A DNA stretch of 64,000 bases from Flavobacteriales bacterium (GTDB taxonomy: Bacteria; Bacteroidota; Bacteroidia; Flavobacteriales_F; PHOS-HE28). Location: contig JAEUSV010000048.1 in NCBI GenBank assembly GCA_016788485.1, positions 13,956-77,955 on the forward strand, in the 5' to 3' direction. Below the pieces are notes generated by a model. It did not search any database. It was not told the DNA's origin and saw only the letters and a program-made list of their open reading frames with translations. Below, piece after piece: positions 17,661 to 27,071 of the stretch; position 1 is the first letter of the stretch, and every line of letters begins with the position of its first letter. The position numbers and the translations under genes were made by a program.

Positions 17661-17820
17661 TTTCAATGGCTCCACCAGCCGTGGCCGTGCGTCGGTTGGG
17701 GCGTGAACCCGTGGAGAAGCGATCTGTACACCTTTCAACAGGTCCCACCAATCATGTGCGCTCGGCGCGCCGTCCAAGTGCTGGTTTAGTCACTATGGAT
17801 TTGCGGCATCGGAACGCCGG

Positions 17821-18327
17821 TTAGGGCGTGCTAACTTTGAATTTACTTCCGGATTTTTGCAACTTGTACGAAATTGGTGTGCATAAATCAGATATAATTA
17901 TTGTTTGGATACAACTGGCGTCCATTTTACATTGCAATACTGAGTGAGGTCTTGAGCTAAGGGATTTACCGTATACTGAATTTTCACTTGGGATACTCAA
18001 TGAAGCTTCGATGGGAATATCTCCTTGTAGCGTGGTATAAACTGATAGTGTGCCAATTTCTGTATGGTAGGAAACGATACTATCTTTTTGAAGCGTTAAC
18101 CAAGGACCAAAACGCTTACCGTTGAGAAGCACGCCTACCATGATCGGGCCCCGAATTGAATCTGTTGTGAAGACAACACAGGTACAATGTTCTTTAGTGT
18201 TATTTGACACGTAGAACCCTTCAGATGTGTATGAAACGGAATTCAACTGGCATGTATCAATCTGTGCCAATGAATTTCCTGCTTCACAGAATATGACTGT
18301 GTAAAGGATGAAACGGAGTAAGTTCAT
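17821..18327 (-). CDS. candidate immunity protein for the RHS toxin (Cys-rich, signal peptide, very low GC)
   Basis: 168-aa ORF 3 nt downstream of the RHS stop. N-terminal signal-like MNLLRFILYTVIFCEAGNSLAQ, with six further Cys in the mature part. GC is roughly 40% by eye against 65-70% in the bulk genome. Its position is typical of polymorphic-toxin immunity genes. Confidence 0.7.
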   Translation of the reverse strand: MNLLRFILYTVIFCEAGNSLAQIDTCQLNSVSYTSEGFYVSNNTKEHCTCVVFTTDSIRGPIMVGVLLNGKRFGPWLTLQKDSIVSYHTEIGTLSVYTTLQGDIPIEASLSIPSENSVYGKSLSSRPHSVLQCKMDASCIQTIIISDLCTPISYKLQKSGSKFKVSTP

Positions 18328-18330
18328 GTT

Positions 18331-21300
18331 TTACTTGCCTTTAGGTGTGACCTTTTCCGTGTCTAGCGTCCTTGGATTGCCCATATAAATGTTCAGCTTG
18401 AGTTCGCCAGGTATTTTCAACACTTCGTCATTTCGCGTGTCAGGTATGCGGGTGTTCCCCGCACCGTCAAAAGGCACCAATCGAAGGATATCACGCGTCA
18501 TGTTCTCAAGTTGAAATCTTATAACGCGCATATCCTCATCAGTCAATTGTCTGGCAATGCCTGCGTCGCCACCGCGAGCTATGAAAGGGTCTGAGTGGCC
18601 ATAAAAAGACCCTAGCAATCCTCGGGTTATTGCCGCATCCCCGTTACGATTATCTCTGTTTTTGTAATCTTTTGAGTAAAATAAATTGAATGATTTCGAC
18701 GTAATTCCTTCTTCATTGAAAAGTATCAACGAATTATTTCCACCACCTCCTTGGAAACTATCCCCGCCATTATACGAGTCGTCAGAGTCAGTGAGCACAG
18801 AGCCCTTGCCGCTGGCAATTTCATAGGGCAGCTCGAAGCCCGTCGTTGCCTGCGCATAACCCTCTTCTTCGGCGATGGGGGTATTATTATGGACCAACAT
18901 GAACGTGTATACTCGCTGAGAATTAACGGCTTCGAAGTATCCATTTGCGAGAGCGCGGACATTGGGGTCACTTATATCTTTGACCGCAGCAAGGAAATCG
19001 GCCTCACTGATGGGCGCGAATTGATGTGTTCCTGCCTGTTGCTGGAATAATGCTTTGAGCGCATCGTAACCAGTGAACACCGTCTGAACGTGCAGCTGCA
19101 GTCTGGCGAACGATTGCTGATTCCCCCCTTGAACGACTTGTCCATCAGGATCAACAAACTGTAGCGGACTGTTCTTCGCGAAGTGGTATGGCGAATAGTG
19201 TGGGAGCAAACGGGCCTTGGGGTCGATGCCTGACCACCTACCGATACGTACATCCAATAACCTTGATCCGAAGTCATAACTGGTTGCATTGGAGCCAAAT
19301 ATCTCGTCATCCTTCTCCTTGCCGTTGAACCCGAACCGATAATCCCCCCCACTGGCCGTGGTGGCGTTCGAGATCATCCCAAAGGGAAAATAGTCGGTCT
19401 GGTTGAGCACCTCGGCGCGGTAGGCGGTGGGCGGGGTGGGCAGAGCGGCGTTGTCGCAGAGCTTACGATCGGAGACAACCGCGCGCACGTTCCCCAGGTG
19501 ATCAGCAAGCTCGTATCGCTTCTGGTTGAGGCTGCGGGTGCTGGTGGCGGGCAAGAGCTCGTACACCAGGGGCTGCAGGCCAATGGCGGCCTCCCCGCGG
19601 GCATCGGGCTGGCTGAAGAAGTCCCACGCGAAGGTGGGCGCGGGGTCGTTGGGGTCTTTGATGAGGAAGGCCTCGCCCTGGTTGTAGGCCCAGGCGGGGG
19701 TGGCCACGAGCATGTCGCCGTGCTTGGTGCGGCGTATGTCGCCGCCCTCGCCGGTGATCACATCGGCGGTGTTGGTGGCCAGGTCCAGGCGTTTCACTTC
19801 GTGGGTGGCTGTTCCGAAGGTAAGGCCGGTGCGCACGAAATACAAGTACTGGGTGCCGGGGGCATAGTCCAGGTAGTGGATGGCGGCATCGACCTCGTCG
19901 TAGGCGCCCAGGTAGCTGGCCGCCAGGTGATCGGGGCTCAAGGCGTAGCGGTGCACCGTTACGGTGGGCGCCCACAGGGTGTTGAGCAACAGGGGCCCAT
20001 CGGCCGTTACAAAGGCAAGCTCGGCCCCATCGGGCCGCAGCTGCAGCAGGCCCTGCTGGGCCTGGTCGCTGCCGGTAAGGGGCGGTGCCAGCGGGGCGAG
20101 CAGGCCGCCGCCGTTCTGGGTCAGGGCCTCCAGGTCGAGGCCCATGAGGGTGTAGTCGGTGCCCTGGCGGCGCACGGCGTACAGCATGGTGCGGCCGTAG
20201 GCGGTGCGGTCGTCCACCACGGCCAGCGCCCGGTCGTCCACGCTGGCGGGGTCGTTGTCCAGCGGCACGTTCTTCAGCACCACGGCCCCCTGGGTAATGG
20301 CGGTGATCGAGAGGTCGATGAGGTGGATGTAGGGCCGCCCATCGGGCCCGATGGTGAAGAGGTAGTGCTTGTTGGGGCTGCCGGGCACCTGGCAGCTGTG
20401 CGTTACGGTGTTGGCCGCGGCCCGTATGCCCTGGCTGTTCCAGAGCACATCGCCGTTGCGGTCCAGCAGGTACAGGGTGTGCACGGTGCTGCCGTTCACC
20501 ACCTGGCTGGTGGCAATGGTGGCGAAGAGGCGGTTGCCCTGGCGGTCCTCGGCGCGGTGCACGTTGGTGCAGCCGGTGCCCACCACGGTGTGCTGGGCGG
20601 TCATGGCCGGTATGGCGGGCACGGTGGGGCTGGTCGCGTAGGTGCGGGTGTAGGTGTAGTTGCTGCTGGGGGTGAGGATCTCGCCGGCGCGCAACTTGGC
20701 CACACGGCTGGGCACATCGAGCCGTTCGAGCTCGGCCTTGGGGGTGAGCAGGGTGGGCAGCTCACGTTGCTGGGCCCCATCCCACACGCTGCGGCGCACC
20801 ACGGGGTTGTCGCGGTGGGTGCCCAGGCGGGCGCTGCCGTAGATCAGGTGCTCTTCCAGGCGGGTCTCGTCGAGCAGCTGGCCGGTGGTGTTGTCGAAGG
20901 TGCGGCGGTAGGTGGCCAGGGGGTTGCCCTGCGCATCGAGCACGTAGTAGGTGAATACGTCGCCGGGCACGGGGGCCTGCGTAATGCCGCTGCCCGGCGC
21001 GCTCACATCGGCCTTCATCACGCGGTGGCCGGCGGCATCGTACGCAAAGCGCAGGTGGCGCCCGCTGCTCAGGGCCACGGCGTGCACCTTGCCGTAGGGG
21101 GTCCAGCTGATGGTGTTGCCCTGGTTGTTCCAGGTCTCCTGCTCGAGCTGGCCGATGGCGTCGTAGGTGTAGGTGTGCGTTTCAGCGAGGTCGTCGCCTG
21201 CGCCATTGATGCTTTCGCTGATGCTGGTAAGGCGGTTGGGGCCGTTGGGGTCGCCGTAGGCGTAGGCGATGGCGTCCAGGGGGTTCCCGTTCAGGTCAAA

Positions 21301-24300
21301 ACGCTTCAACGCCGGTTGGCCGCCGGCCAGGTTGTCGTTCACGAAGTTGCCGTTGGCATCGTAGGCATAGCTGGTGGCGTGCTCCAGCCCGCCGTCGGTC
21401 CATTGGCCGCCCACCAGGTCGCGCTGGCGGTCGGCCTTCAGGCGGTTGAGCACATCGTAGCGGTAGCGCATCACACGCCGGTCCTCGGCGTTGAAGGGCG
21501 GTTGGGGCGGCTGGTTGGCCTCGGCGGTCTGCGCCTGCCAGCTCCACGCGCCGATGTTACCGTTGTAGAGGTCGTCGCGCACGCGGCCGTTGCCGCTGGT
21601 GTTGTGGAAGGGGCTGTTCAGGTCGTTGAAGTCGCCGTTGAAGTAGGAGAGCATCATGCCGAAGGCGTCGCGGCCGGTGGTGCTGTTGGTGCCTGCGAAG
21701 CTGTCGGCGCCGGGGTCGAGGTTGGTGAGCTCGGGCGCGTTGATGGCCTTGAGCCAGCCCTGGATGGTGTAGGTATGGTCGATGCCCTGCACCTTGTCCT
21801 CGCCGAGCAGGGTGCGGCGCAGCGGTCCGTGGGCGTAGTAGCTGTAGGTGGCGTCGCGGTCCCACAGCACGCCGTCGGTGCTGGTCTGCGCGGTAAGGAT
21901 GCGCCCGTCGGCATCGTAGGTGTAGCGCTGGAAGTATTGGTCGGTGAAGCCTTCGTTGTAGCGCAGCTGGCGCACGCGGCCGCTCACCAGGTCGTAGTCG
22001 TAGGCCACATGGGCGCGCCCCAGGCCGGGCAGCTGGTGCACGAGCCAGGCCACGTTGCCGTGCACATCGTAGCTGTAGGCGGTGAGCACCTGGTCGTGGG
22101 TGGTGAAGAGGTCGCCGTCCTCATCGCTCACCGTCCAGCTCACGCGGTTCACCAGGTTGCGCTGGGGTTGGCCGTTGGGGAAGGTGAGGCCGGCCAGCGG
22201 GGCGGTGTAGGTGGTGCGGGTAACGAACTTGCCTGCGGCGGGGAAGCTGTTGTCGTTGGCGAGGGCGGGGTCGGTGAGCACGGTGGCGGCGGCCAGGTTG
22301 CTCTCGCCCACCTCGATCACGCGGCCCAGCTCGTCATACCGGGTGTAGCTGTAGGTGGGGGTGGGGTAGGCGGCCTGCTTGGCGTTCTGGCTGAAGCGCA
22401 GGCGGCCCAGGCGGTCGTAGGCCATGGTGGTGGCGCCGCCATCGGGGGTGCGCTGCCACACCAACTGGCCCAGGCTGTTGTAGCGGTACTGGGTGCGTTC
22501 GTCGTAGGCCGGCACGTTGTTGGGCCAGTTGGCCTCGGGCACACCGGCATGGTCGAGCTGCTTGTCCTCGTCGTTGGGCGGCACGGTGCTCATGAGGTTG
22601 CCGGCGCGGTCGTAGTAGTACAGGGTGTAGTGGTGCTTGCCGCTGGCGAAGCTCACGTGCAGGTTGTCCTGGATGTTGGCGGGCACGGCGCACCGGCTCA
22701 TGTAGTCCTGCGCGAACTGGTCCACCAGCTGTTCCACCTGCATGGTGATGGCCGCGAGCAGCTCCTGGCGCAGGGCCTGGGCGTGGATGGCCTCGCAGGA
22801 GAGCGCGGTGCTGGGGTCGGGCGGGGTGGCGGGCGCGACCTCAGGCACCCAATGCAGGCACACCTCGGTGGGTATGCACAGGTTGTTCACCTGGAATTGC
22901 TGGGGATCCTGGTTGTTGCATGGCACGCCGTCCACCACGGGATGCGCGGCGCCGATCAGGCTTGCGGTGATCAAGGCTTCGGGAGGCCCGATGCTGGATA
23001 CCGGCGAGCCTTGTGCCTGCACGGTGTTGCAGGCGCTTACGCAGGTGTTCTGCAGGGCGAGCACGAGGCAGTCGATCGCGGCTTCGTCGTTGTCGTTCGC
23101 ACCGGCCGAACTTTCCGGCTGCAGGCCGTACTCGGCGATCACGGCCTGGCGGAAGGCGGCCTCCTGTTGCGTGCTGAAGCACGCCGTGGTGCATGCGGCC
23201 ACGATCTGGTCCGCCTGGTCCTGGATCTGGGTGGGTGTGAGCGGTGCTGCGTTCAGGTCGATCTCGGCCGCAAGGCAGCCCATGAGCAGGTCGTAGCCGG
23301 TGGTGAGCACGCCCGGGTTGGCGGGGTCCATGATGATCGGCTCGGCGAAGGCCACGCCAGGCGTGAGCGGCGTGCCGTTGAGGCTCGGTGGGTCGAGCAT
23401 CAGTGCACCCTGCGTTGAGGTGAACGGCTGCAAGCTGGCCAGGAACAGGTGGCAGTCGCTGCCGACCACGTCATCGCTCAGCCCTTGGTACGCGTTGGTG
23501 AGGTAGCCTTGGGTGCTGGAGAATTGGAGCGGGGTATGGGTGCTTCCGGCTGTACTGTAAAGCACGTCCGTTCTGCGGCCCGCGCAGTCGAGGAACAGGT
23601 CCACGAGGTATTGCTGCGGAAGCGGTGTCGCCGGGTTATAGCCGGGCAAGGTGGCGGCCCCGGGGACCGACCCGGGTGTAATGGGGTTGGGCGAGTTCTG
23701 TGCGGCCAGAAAGGCCGTGTACCCCTGCACCGCCCCGATCCAGCAGCCCCAGATCTTTTCGCAGTCGTACGGGGCGCCACCGGTGGCCGGTATGTTCAGC
23801 ATGTTGTACATCAGTTGCGAGAAGCTCGCGTACGTGTAGACCGCTGTGGGGTCGCCACTGATGGGGTAGCTGAAATGGTCGCTCCAGAACGTGGCGGGCA
23901 GGTTGTTGAGGTCGGTGGGCAGATCGGGGTCGATGGCCTCGTTGTACGCGCTGATGAAATAGCGGAGCAGGGTGTCGGCATCGATCACGCACGGGGGGCA
24001 TTCGAGCTTGGGCAGGTTGATCGACGCGCATTCCAGGGCGATCTGCACCTGGTCGTTGCCCAGGTCGGTCACCAGGTTGCTGGCGTAGAAGGCGTCGAGG
24101 TCCGCATTGTCCAGTGCCGTCAGCAACGGGGCCACGGTGGTCAACATGGCATCGGTGTACGCTTCGCGCAGGGTCTGCTGGTGGGCCTGCAGCGCGGGCC
24201 AGCCGGGGAAGGCGGGGTCATTATCGTCCAGCACGTTGTTCACGCGGATGCGGCGGCCCACCTTGTAGGAGCCGGCGTTCAGGGTAACGGTGTGGTTGAG

Positions 24301-26334
24301 GCTGGGCACGGTGCCGGCGGCGGCGGAGCAATCGAGGTTGGCCAGGGTGAGCGGTGTGGGCCAGGTCGCCACCGCCAACGTTTCGGGGATCAGGTTCTCG
24401 GCCGGGCAATCGGTGCGCACCAGGTAGTACTCGATGGTATAGTCGCAGGTGGCGCAGTAGTTCGGGCATGCTTCCACCTGGTCCGGCGTAAGCGTGTAGC
24501 TGAGGGTTACTGCGGTGTTGTTCCCGGGGATCAGCAGGTCGGCGCCCGCATCGAGCATGTAGTTGTCCACCACCACGCCGCCGTTCACGTCGAAGGCTTC
24601 CTCCTCGTTGGCGTACTGCTCGCTCTCCAGGCCCACGAGCCTGCGGGAATCGTCGTCCAAGGGCAGGTTGGGGGCGGTGGTGCGCACCAGGCAGGTGGCC
24701 AGCGTCTTGCCCTCCTTGTCCTGGTAGGTGATGGAGGTGACGCCGTTGGGGTCCACGGTCATCATCTTCATCACGCTCTGCGCCTGGTAGGCCTCCTTGC
24801 CGAAGATGCGCAGCAGCTCAGCGGGCGTTACGGCGCCATAGTAGGTGCGCGCGGTGCGGGGCGTGGCGTTGTTGGCGAAGGCGAAGACCTCGCCCGGCCC
24901 GCTCACCTGGCGCACACGCCCGGTGCCATCGGGCAGGTAGGTGGTGCGGCTGAAGGGGTAGCCTTCGGCACTGGGCACCTGCGGGTCGCCGCTGTTGGAG
25001 TAGTAGGTCGTGGGCCCTGCGTTGATGGGGGTGTTGCTCCCCAGGGTGCCTGCGGGCAGGTCGAAGTCCGCCGCGGTGTAATTGCCGACAGACCCTTGGA
25101 GCAGCTGGTTCTTATAGCCGAGGGAAGGCTGCTGCCCAAGGGGCGTGGGAAGGCTTTGCAGGGCGGGCCTGCCCTGCAGGTCCATCACCGTTTGGGTGGC
25201 CACCACCGTGTTGTTGGCGCTTTGCCGCACCTGCTCCTGCTGCACCTGCTGCAGGTCGGTGGCGTAGGTGATGCGTTCGCCGATGCGCACGCCCTGGATG
25301 CCGTCGGGGTCGGGCTCGGTGAACATCCTGCTGTACGCCCAGTTGCGGTCCTTGTCGAACTGCTCGTAGTAGAAAACGGCCAGGCCGTAGGCGTTGCTCT
25401 GCCAGAGCCCTGTGCCCAGGGCGCTGGTGCGCTGCACGTTCACCACGGCGTTCTGCTGGGCCGCGGCGGGGTTCCAGGGCCCGCGGTTGCGCGCATCGGC
25501 GCCCCCGCCCGGTACGAAGTTGCTGATGGCCCGCACCCGCCAGGCATAGAAGCCGGTGCCTTCGGCCAGCGTAAGCGTCAGGGCGTTCTGCGGCGTGCCC
25601 GTTTCCAGGGTCATGGCCTGCGACCAGTCGACCGTGGTCTCAATGTGCTGCTCGGTGGTGAGCGCGGCGGAGCGGTTGTACAGCCGCACCAGCTGCACCT
25701 CGTAGTTGGTATAGGGGGCCGGGCACGGGCATTGGTTGTTGGTGGACCATTGCAGGGTCACCTGGTTCGATTGGGCACCGGCATTGGTCACCCCGGCCGG
25801 CATCAGGGCGCAGTTGGTGTTCGCGATGGGCGCGAAGCTCACGCGCCGGTCCAGGGTGATGCGCGCGTTGACGAAGGGCAGGTGCGTGCTGGCCGCGGCA
25901 AAACCGGGGTTGGGGGTGTCCTCGCGCACCACGCGCAGCGTATGCGTCTGCTGGTAGAAGGGGGAGAGGTCGAGCTCGATCACCTGTTCGGGTCGGTCGA
26001 GCGCCAGGTTGAGCTCGAAGGGGCCTTGCTCGAACACGGTGGTGTTGTTCAGGGCCAGGCCGATCACCTTGAAGCGGAGCCGGGCCGCGGGGTCGGAGAG
26101 CCCCAGGTCGTGGTCCTCTCCGGTGCGGAAGGCCACGCGCAGGCTGAAGCGCTCCACGCGGTAGGTGTTGCCGCACGCCACCGGCGTGGTGGCCTGGCTG
26201 AACAACGTGGTCGCGGGTGCGCCCAGTTGCGTGGATCCCAGATCCACCACGGTCTGCTGGGCCTGCAGCATGGCTGGCAACAGGGCGGCGATCGCCAGTG
26301 CGACCGTGCACGAAAGAAGGGTGCGGAACACCAT
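18331..26334 (-). CDS. RHS/YD-repeat polymorphic toxin (TcC-like), 2667 aa, with variable C-terminal toxin domain
   Basis: Signal peptide MVFRTLLSCTVALAIAALLPAMLQAQ and a ~1200-aa N-terminal region. Many YD repeats (YYYDRAGNLMS, YRYNSLGQLVWQRTPDGG, YDRLGRLRF, YTRYDELGRVIEV, YSYDVHGNV, YTYDADGRIL, YAYDANGN). RHS-associated core ..YFPFGM..RLLDVRIGRWSGIDP..SPYHFAKNSPLQFVDPDGQ (Q codon at 19138-19140). A 268-aa unrelated tail follows (18334-19137). Confidence 0.95.
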   Translation of the reverse strand: MVFRTLLSCTVALAIAALLPAMLQAQQTVVDLGSTQLGAPATTLFSQATTPVACGNTYRVERFSLRVAFRTGEDHDLGLSDPAARLRFKVIGLALNNTTVFEQGPFELNLALDRPEQVIELDLSPFYQQTHTLRVVREDTPNPGFAAASTHLPFVNARITLDRRVSFAPIANTNCALMPAGVTNAGAQSNQVTLQWSTNNQCPCPAPYTNYEVQLVRLYNRSAALTTEQHIETTVDWSQAMTLETGTPQNALTLTLAEGTGFYAWRVRAISNFVPGGGADARNRGPWNPAAAQQNAVVNVQRTSALGTGLWQSNAYGLAVFYYEQFDKDRNWAYSRMFTEPDPDGIQGVRIGERITYATDLQQVQQEQVRQSANNTVVATQTVMDLQGRPALQSLPTPLGQQPSLGYKNQLLQGSVGNYTAADFDLPAGTLGSNTPINAGPTTYYSNSGDPQVPSAEGYPFSRTTYLPDGTGRVRQVSGPGEVFAFANNATPRTARTYYGAVTPAELLRIFGKEAYQAQSVMKMMTVDPNGVTSITYQDKEGKTLATCLVRTTAPNLPLDDDSRRLVGLESEQYANEEEAFDVNGGVVVDNYMLDAGADLLIPGNNTAVTLSYTLTPDQVEACPNYCATCDYTIEYYLVRTDCPAENLIPETLAVATWPTPLTLANLDCSAAAGTVPSLNHTVTLNAGSYKVGRRIRVNNVLDDNDPAFPGWPALQAHQQTLREAYTDAMLTTVAPLLTALDNADLDAFYASNLVTDLGNDQVQIALECASINLPKLECPPCVIDADTLLRYFISAYNEAIDPDLPTDLNNLPATFWSDHFSYPISGDPTAVYTYASFSQLMYNMLNIPATGGAPYDCEKIWGCWIGAVQGYTAFLAAQNSPNPITPGSVPGAATLPGYNPATPLPQQYLVDLFLDCAGRRTDVLYSTAGSTHTPLQFSSTQGYLTNAYQGLSDDVVGSDCHLFLASLQPFTSTQGALMLDPPSLNGTPLTPGVAFAEPIIMDPANPGVLTTGYDLLMGCLAAEIDLNAAPLTPTQIQDQADQIVAACTTACFSTQQEAAFRQAVIAEYGLQPESSAGANDNDEAAIDCLVLALQNTCVSACNTVQAQGSPVSSIGPPEALITASLIGAAHPVVDGVPCNNQDPQQFQVNNLCIPTEVCLHWVPEVAPATPPDPSTALSCEAIHAQALRQELLAAITMQVEQLVDQFAQDYMSRCAVPANIQDNLHVSFASGKHHYTLYYYDRAGNLMSTVPPNDEDKQLDHAGVPEANWPNNVPAYDERTQYRYNSLGQLVWQRTPDGGATTMAYDRLGRLRFSQNAKQAAYPTPTYSYTRYDELGRVIEVGESNLAAATVLTDPALANDNSFPAAGKFVTRTTYTAPLAGLTFPNGQPQRNLVNRVSWTVSDEDGDLFTTHDQVLTAYSYDVHGNVAWLVHQLPGLGRAHVAYDYDLVSGRVRQLRYNEGFTDQYFQRYTYDADGRILTAQTSTDGVLWDRDATYSYYAHGPLRRTLLGEDKVQGIDHTYTIQGWLKAINAPELTNLDPGADSFAGTNSTTGRDAFGMMLSYFNGDFNDLNSPFHNTSGNGRVRDDLYNGNIGAWSWQAQTAEANQPPQPPFNAEDRRVMRYRYDVLNRLKADRQRDLVGGQWTDGGLEHATSYAYDANGNFVNDNLAGGQPALKRFDLNGNPLDAIAYAYGDPNGPNRLTSISESINGAGDDLAETHTYTYDAIGQLEQETWNNQGNTISWTPYGKVHAVALSSGRHLRFAYDAAGHRVMKADVSAPGSGITQAPVPGDVFTYYVLDAQGNPLATYRRTFDNTTGQLLDETRLEEHLIYGSARLGTHRDNPVVRRSVWDGAQQRELPTLLTPKAELERLDVPSRVAKLRAGEILTPSSNYTYTRTYATSPTVPAIPAMTAQHTVVGTGCTNVHRAEDRQGNRLFATIATSQVVNGSTVHTLYLLDRNGDVLWNSQGIRAAANTVTHSCQVPGSPNKHYLFTIGPDGRPYIHLIDLSITAITQGAVVLKNVPLDNDPASVDDRALAVVDDRTAYGRTMLYAVRRQGTDYTLMGLDLEALTQNGGGLLAPLAPPLTGSDQAQQGLLQLRPDGAELAFVTADGPLLLNTLWAPTVTVHRYALSPDHLAASYLGAYDEVDAAIHYLDYAPGTQYLYFVRTGLTFGTATHEVKRLDLATNTADVITGEGGDIRRTKHGDMLVATPAWAYNQGEAFLIKDPNDPAPTFAWDFFSQPDARGEAAIGLQPLVYELLPATSTRSLNQKRYELADHLGNVRAVVSDRKLCDNAALPTPPTAYRAEVLNQTDYFPFGMISNATTASGGDYRFGFNGKEKDDEIFGSNATSYDFGSRLLDVRIGRWSGIDPKARLLPHYSPYHFAKNSPLQFVDPDGQVVQGGNQQSFARLQLHVQTVFTGYDALKALFQQQAGTHQFAPISEADFLAAVKDISDPNVRALANGYFEAVNSQRVYTFMLVHNNTPIAEEEGYAQATTGFELPYEIASGKGSVLTDSDDSYNGGDSFQGGGGNNSLILFNEEGITSKSFNLFYSKDYKNRDNRNGDAAITRGLLGSFYGHSDPFIARGGDAGIARQLTDEDMRVIRFQLENMTRDILRLVPFDGAGNTRIPDTRNDEVLKIPGELKLNIYMGNPRTLDTEKVTPKGK

Positions 26335-26345
26335 GGGTTGGTCGA

Positions 26346-27071
26346 TCAGGGTTTCTTCGCCTGCGGTTTCTCCGAAATGCGATGGTCGCGCAACCGGTGG
26401 TCAGCGAGCGCCGGTCGCAAGCGGCCTCCGGCCAGCACATGGTCCACCGCCGGACCGGCCAGGCGCGGGTCCACCTCGCCAGGCCGGTAGCTGAGGAAAC
26501 GGATGCGGTAGCGGTGCAGCATGTGGCCGGGCCGGTAGGTGGTCTCCATGTCGGTGATCAGGTCCTTGCGCGTGTCCACCACGTACCGCACGCTCGCGAT
26601 AGGGCCCTTGTCGGCGGGTGCCTGCAGTTCGATCACCAGATCGCTGCCTTCCTTGCCGTTCGTGCGGCAGGTGGCCACCGTGCTCGTCAGGATCAACGCC
26701 TCGTTGAACTGCTCCCAGTCGGTGGGGGCCTTGGCCGTGCCAACCTGCGGATGGATCATCACCTGCTTCTCGGTATGCAGCACCACCACCCGGTCCTGCG
26801 GGTCGATGTAACTGCTGAAGTGCTCGTTCTCCACGATCGAGCGGCCCGGTGCGACGGAGACGGTGGTGTGCAGCACCACCTCGGGGGCCTGCCCCGCGGC
26901 CTGGCTGTGGATCTCCAGCTCGGCGCGCAGGTGCCCCTTGCCGGCCACGTTCACGCGGGCCTGCATGTCCTTCGCCAGGCGCAACAGTTCCTGCCTGCAA
27001 TCGTCCTGGGCCCGCAGCGGTGCCCACACATGCAGCAGAAGCCAACCGATGAAGAGGGTGCGGATGCTCAT
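26346..27071 (-). CDS. secreted hypothetical protein between the two giant genes
   Basis: Start ATG at 27071 overlaps the upstream stop (ATGA). Signal peptide MSIRTLFIGWLLLHVWAPLRAQ. 241 aa, beta-rich. The longer 384-aa ORF version is an Arg/Pro-rich extension overlapping the upstream gene. Confidence 0.65.
   Translation of the reverse strand: MSIRTLFIGWLLLHVWAPLRAQDDCRQELLRLAKDMQARVNVAGKGHLRAELEIHSQAAGQAPEVVLHTTVSVAPGRSIVENEHFSSYIDPQDRVVVLHTEKQVMIHPQVGTAKAPTDWEQFNEALILTSTVATCRTNGKEGSDLVIELQAPADKGPIASVRYVVDTRKDLITDMETTYRPGHMLHRYRIRFLSYRPGEVDPRLAGPAVDHVLAGGRLRPALADHRLRDHRISEKPQAKKP

Noticed and set aside
16871-17820. tRNA/ncRNA genes or integrase-type att sites flanking the low-GC cassettes
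   Set aside because: By eye I found no cloverleaf-like tRNA sequence, rRNA fragment, transposase or integrase ORF in this or the other intergenic regions (9228-9764, 14981-15277, 45285-45648). A tRNAscan/Infernal run would be needed to be definitive.
17189-17824. 211-aa plus-strand ORF across the non-coding spacer
   Set aside because: Its sequence merely translates the tandem DNA repeat (a duplicated ..HPA.YTQPHE.GLGPTWP.. block). There is no start context, signal or motif, and it runs into the immunity gene on the opposite strand.
19498-26490. Two giant plus-strand ORFs (1306 aa at 19498..23418 and 1013 aa at 23449..26490) opposite the RHS gene
   Set aside because: The minus strand encodes unmistakable YD repeats and the RHS core. 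The plus-strand products are Gly/Ala/Val/His-rich junk with no signal or motif, so they are high-GC antisense artefacts.
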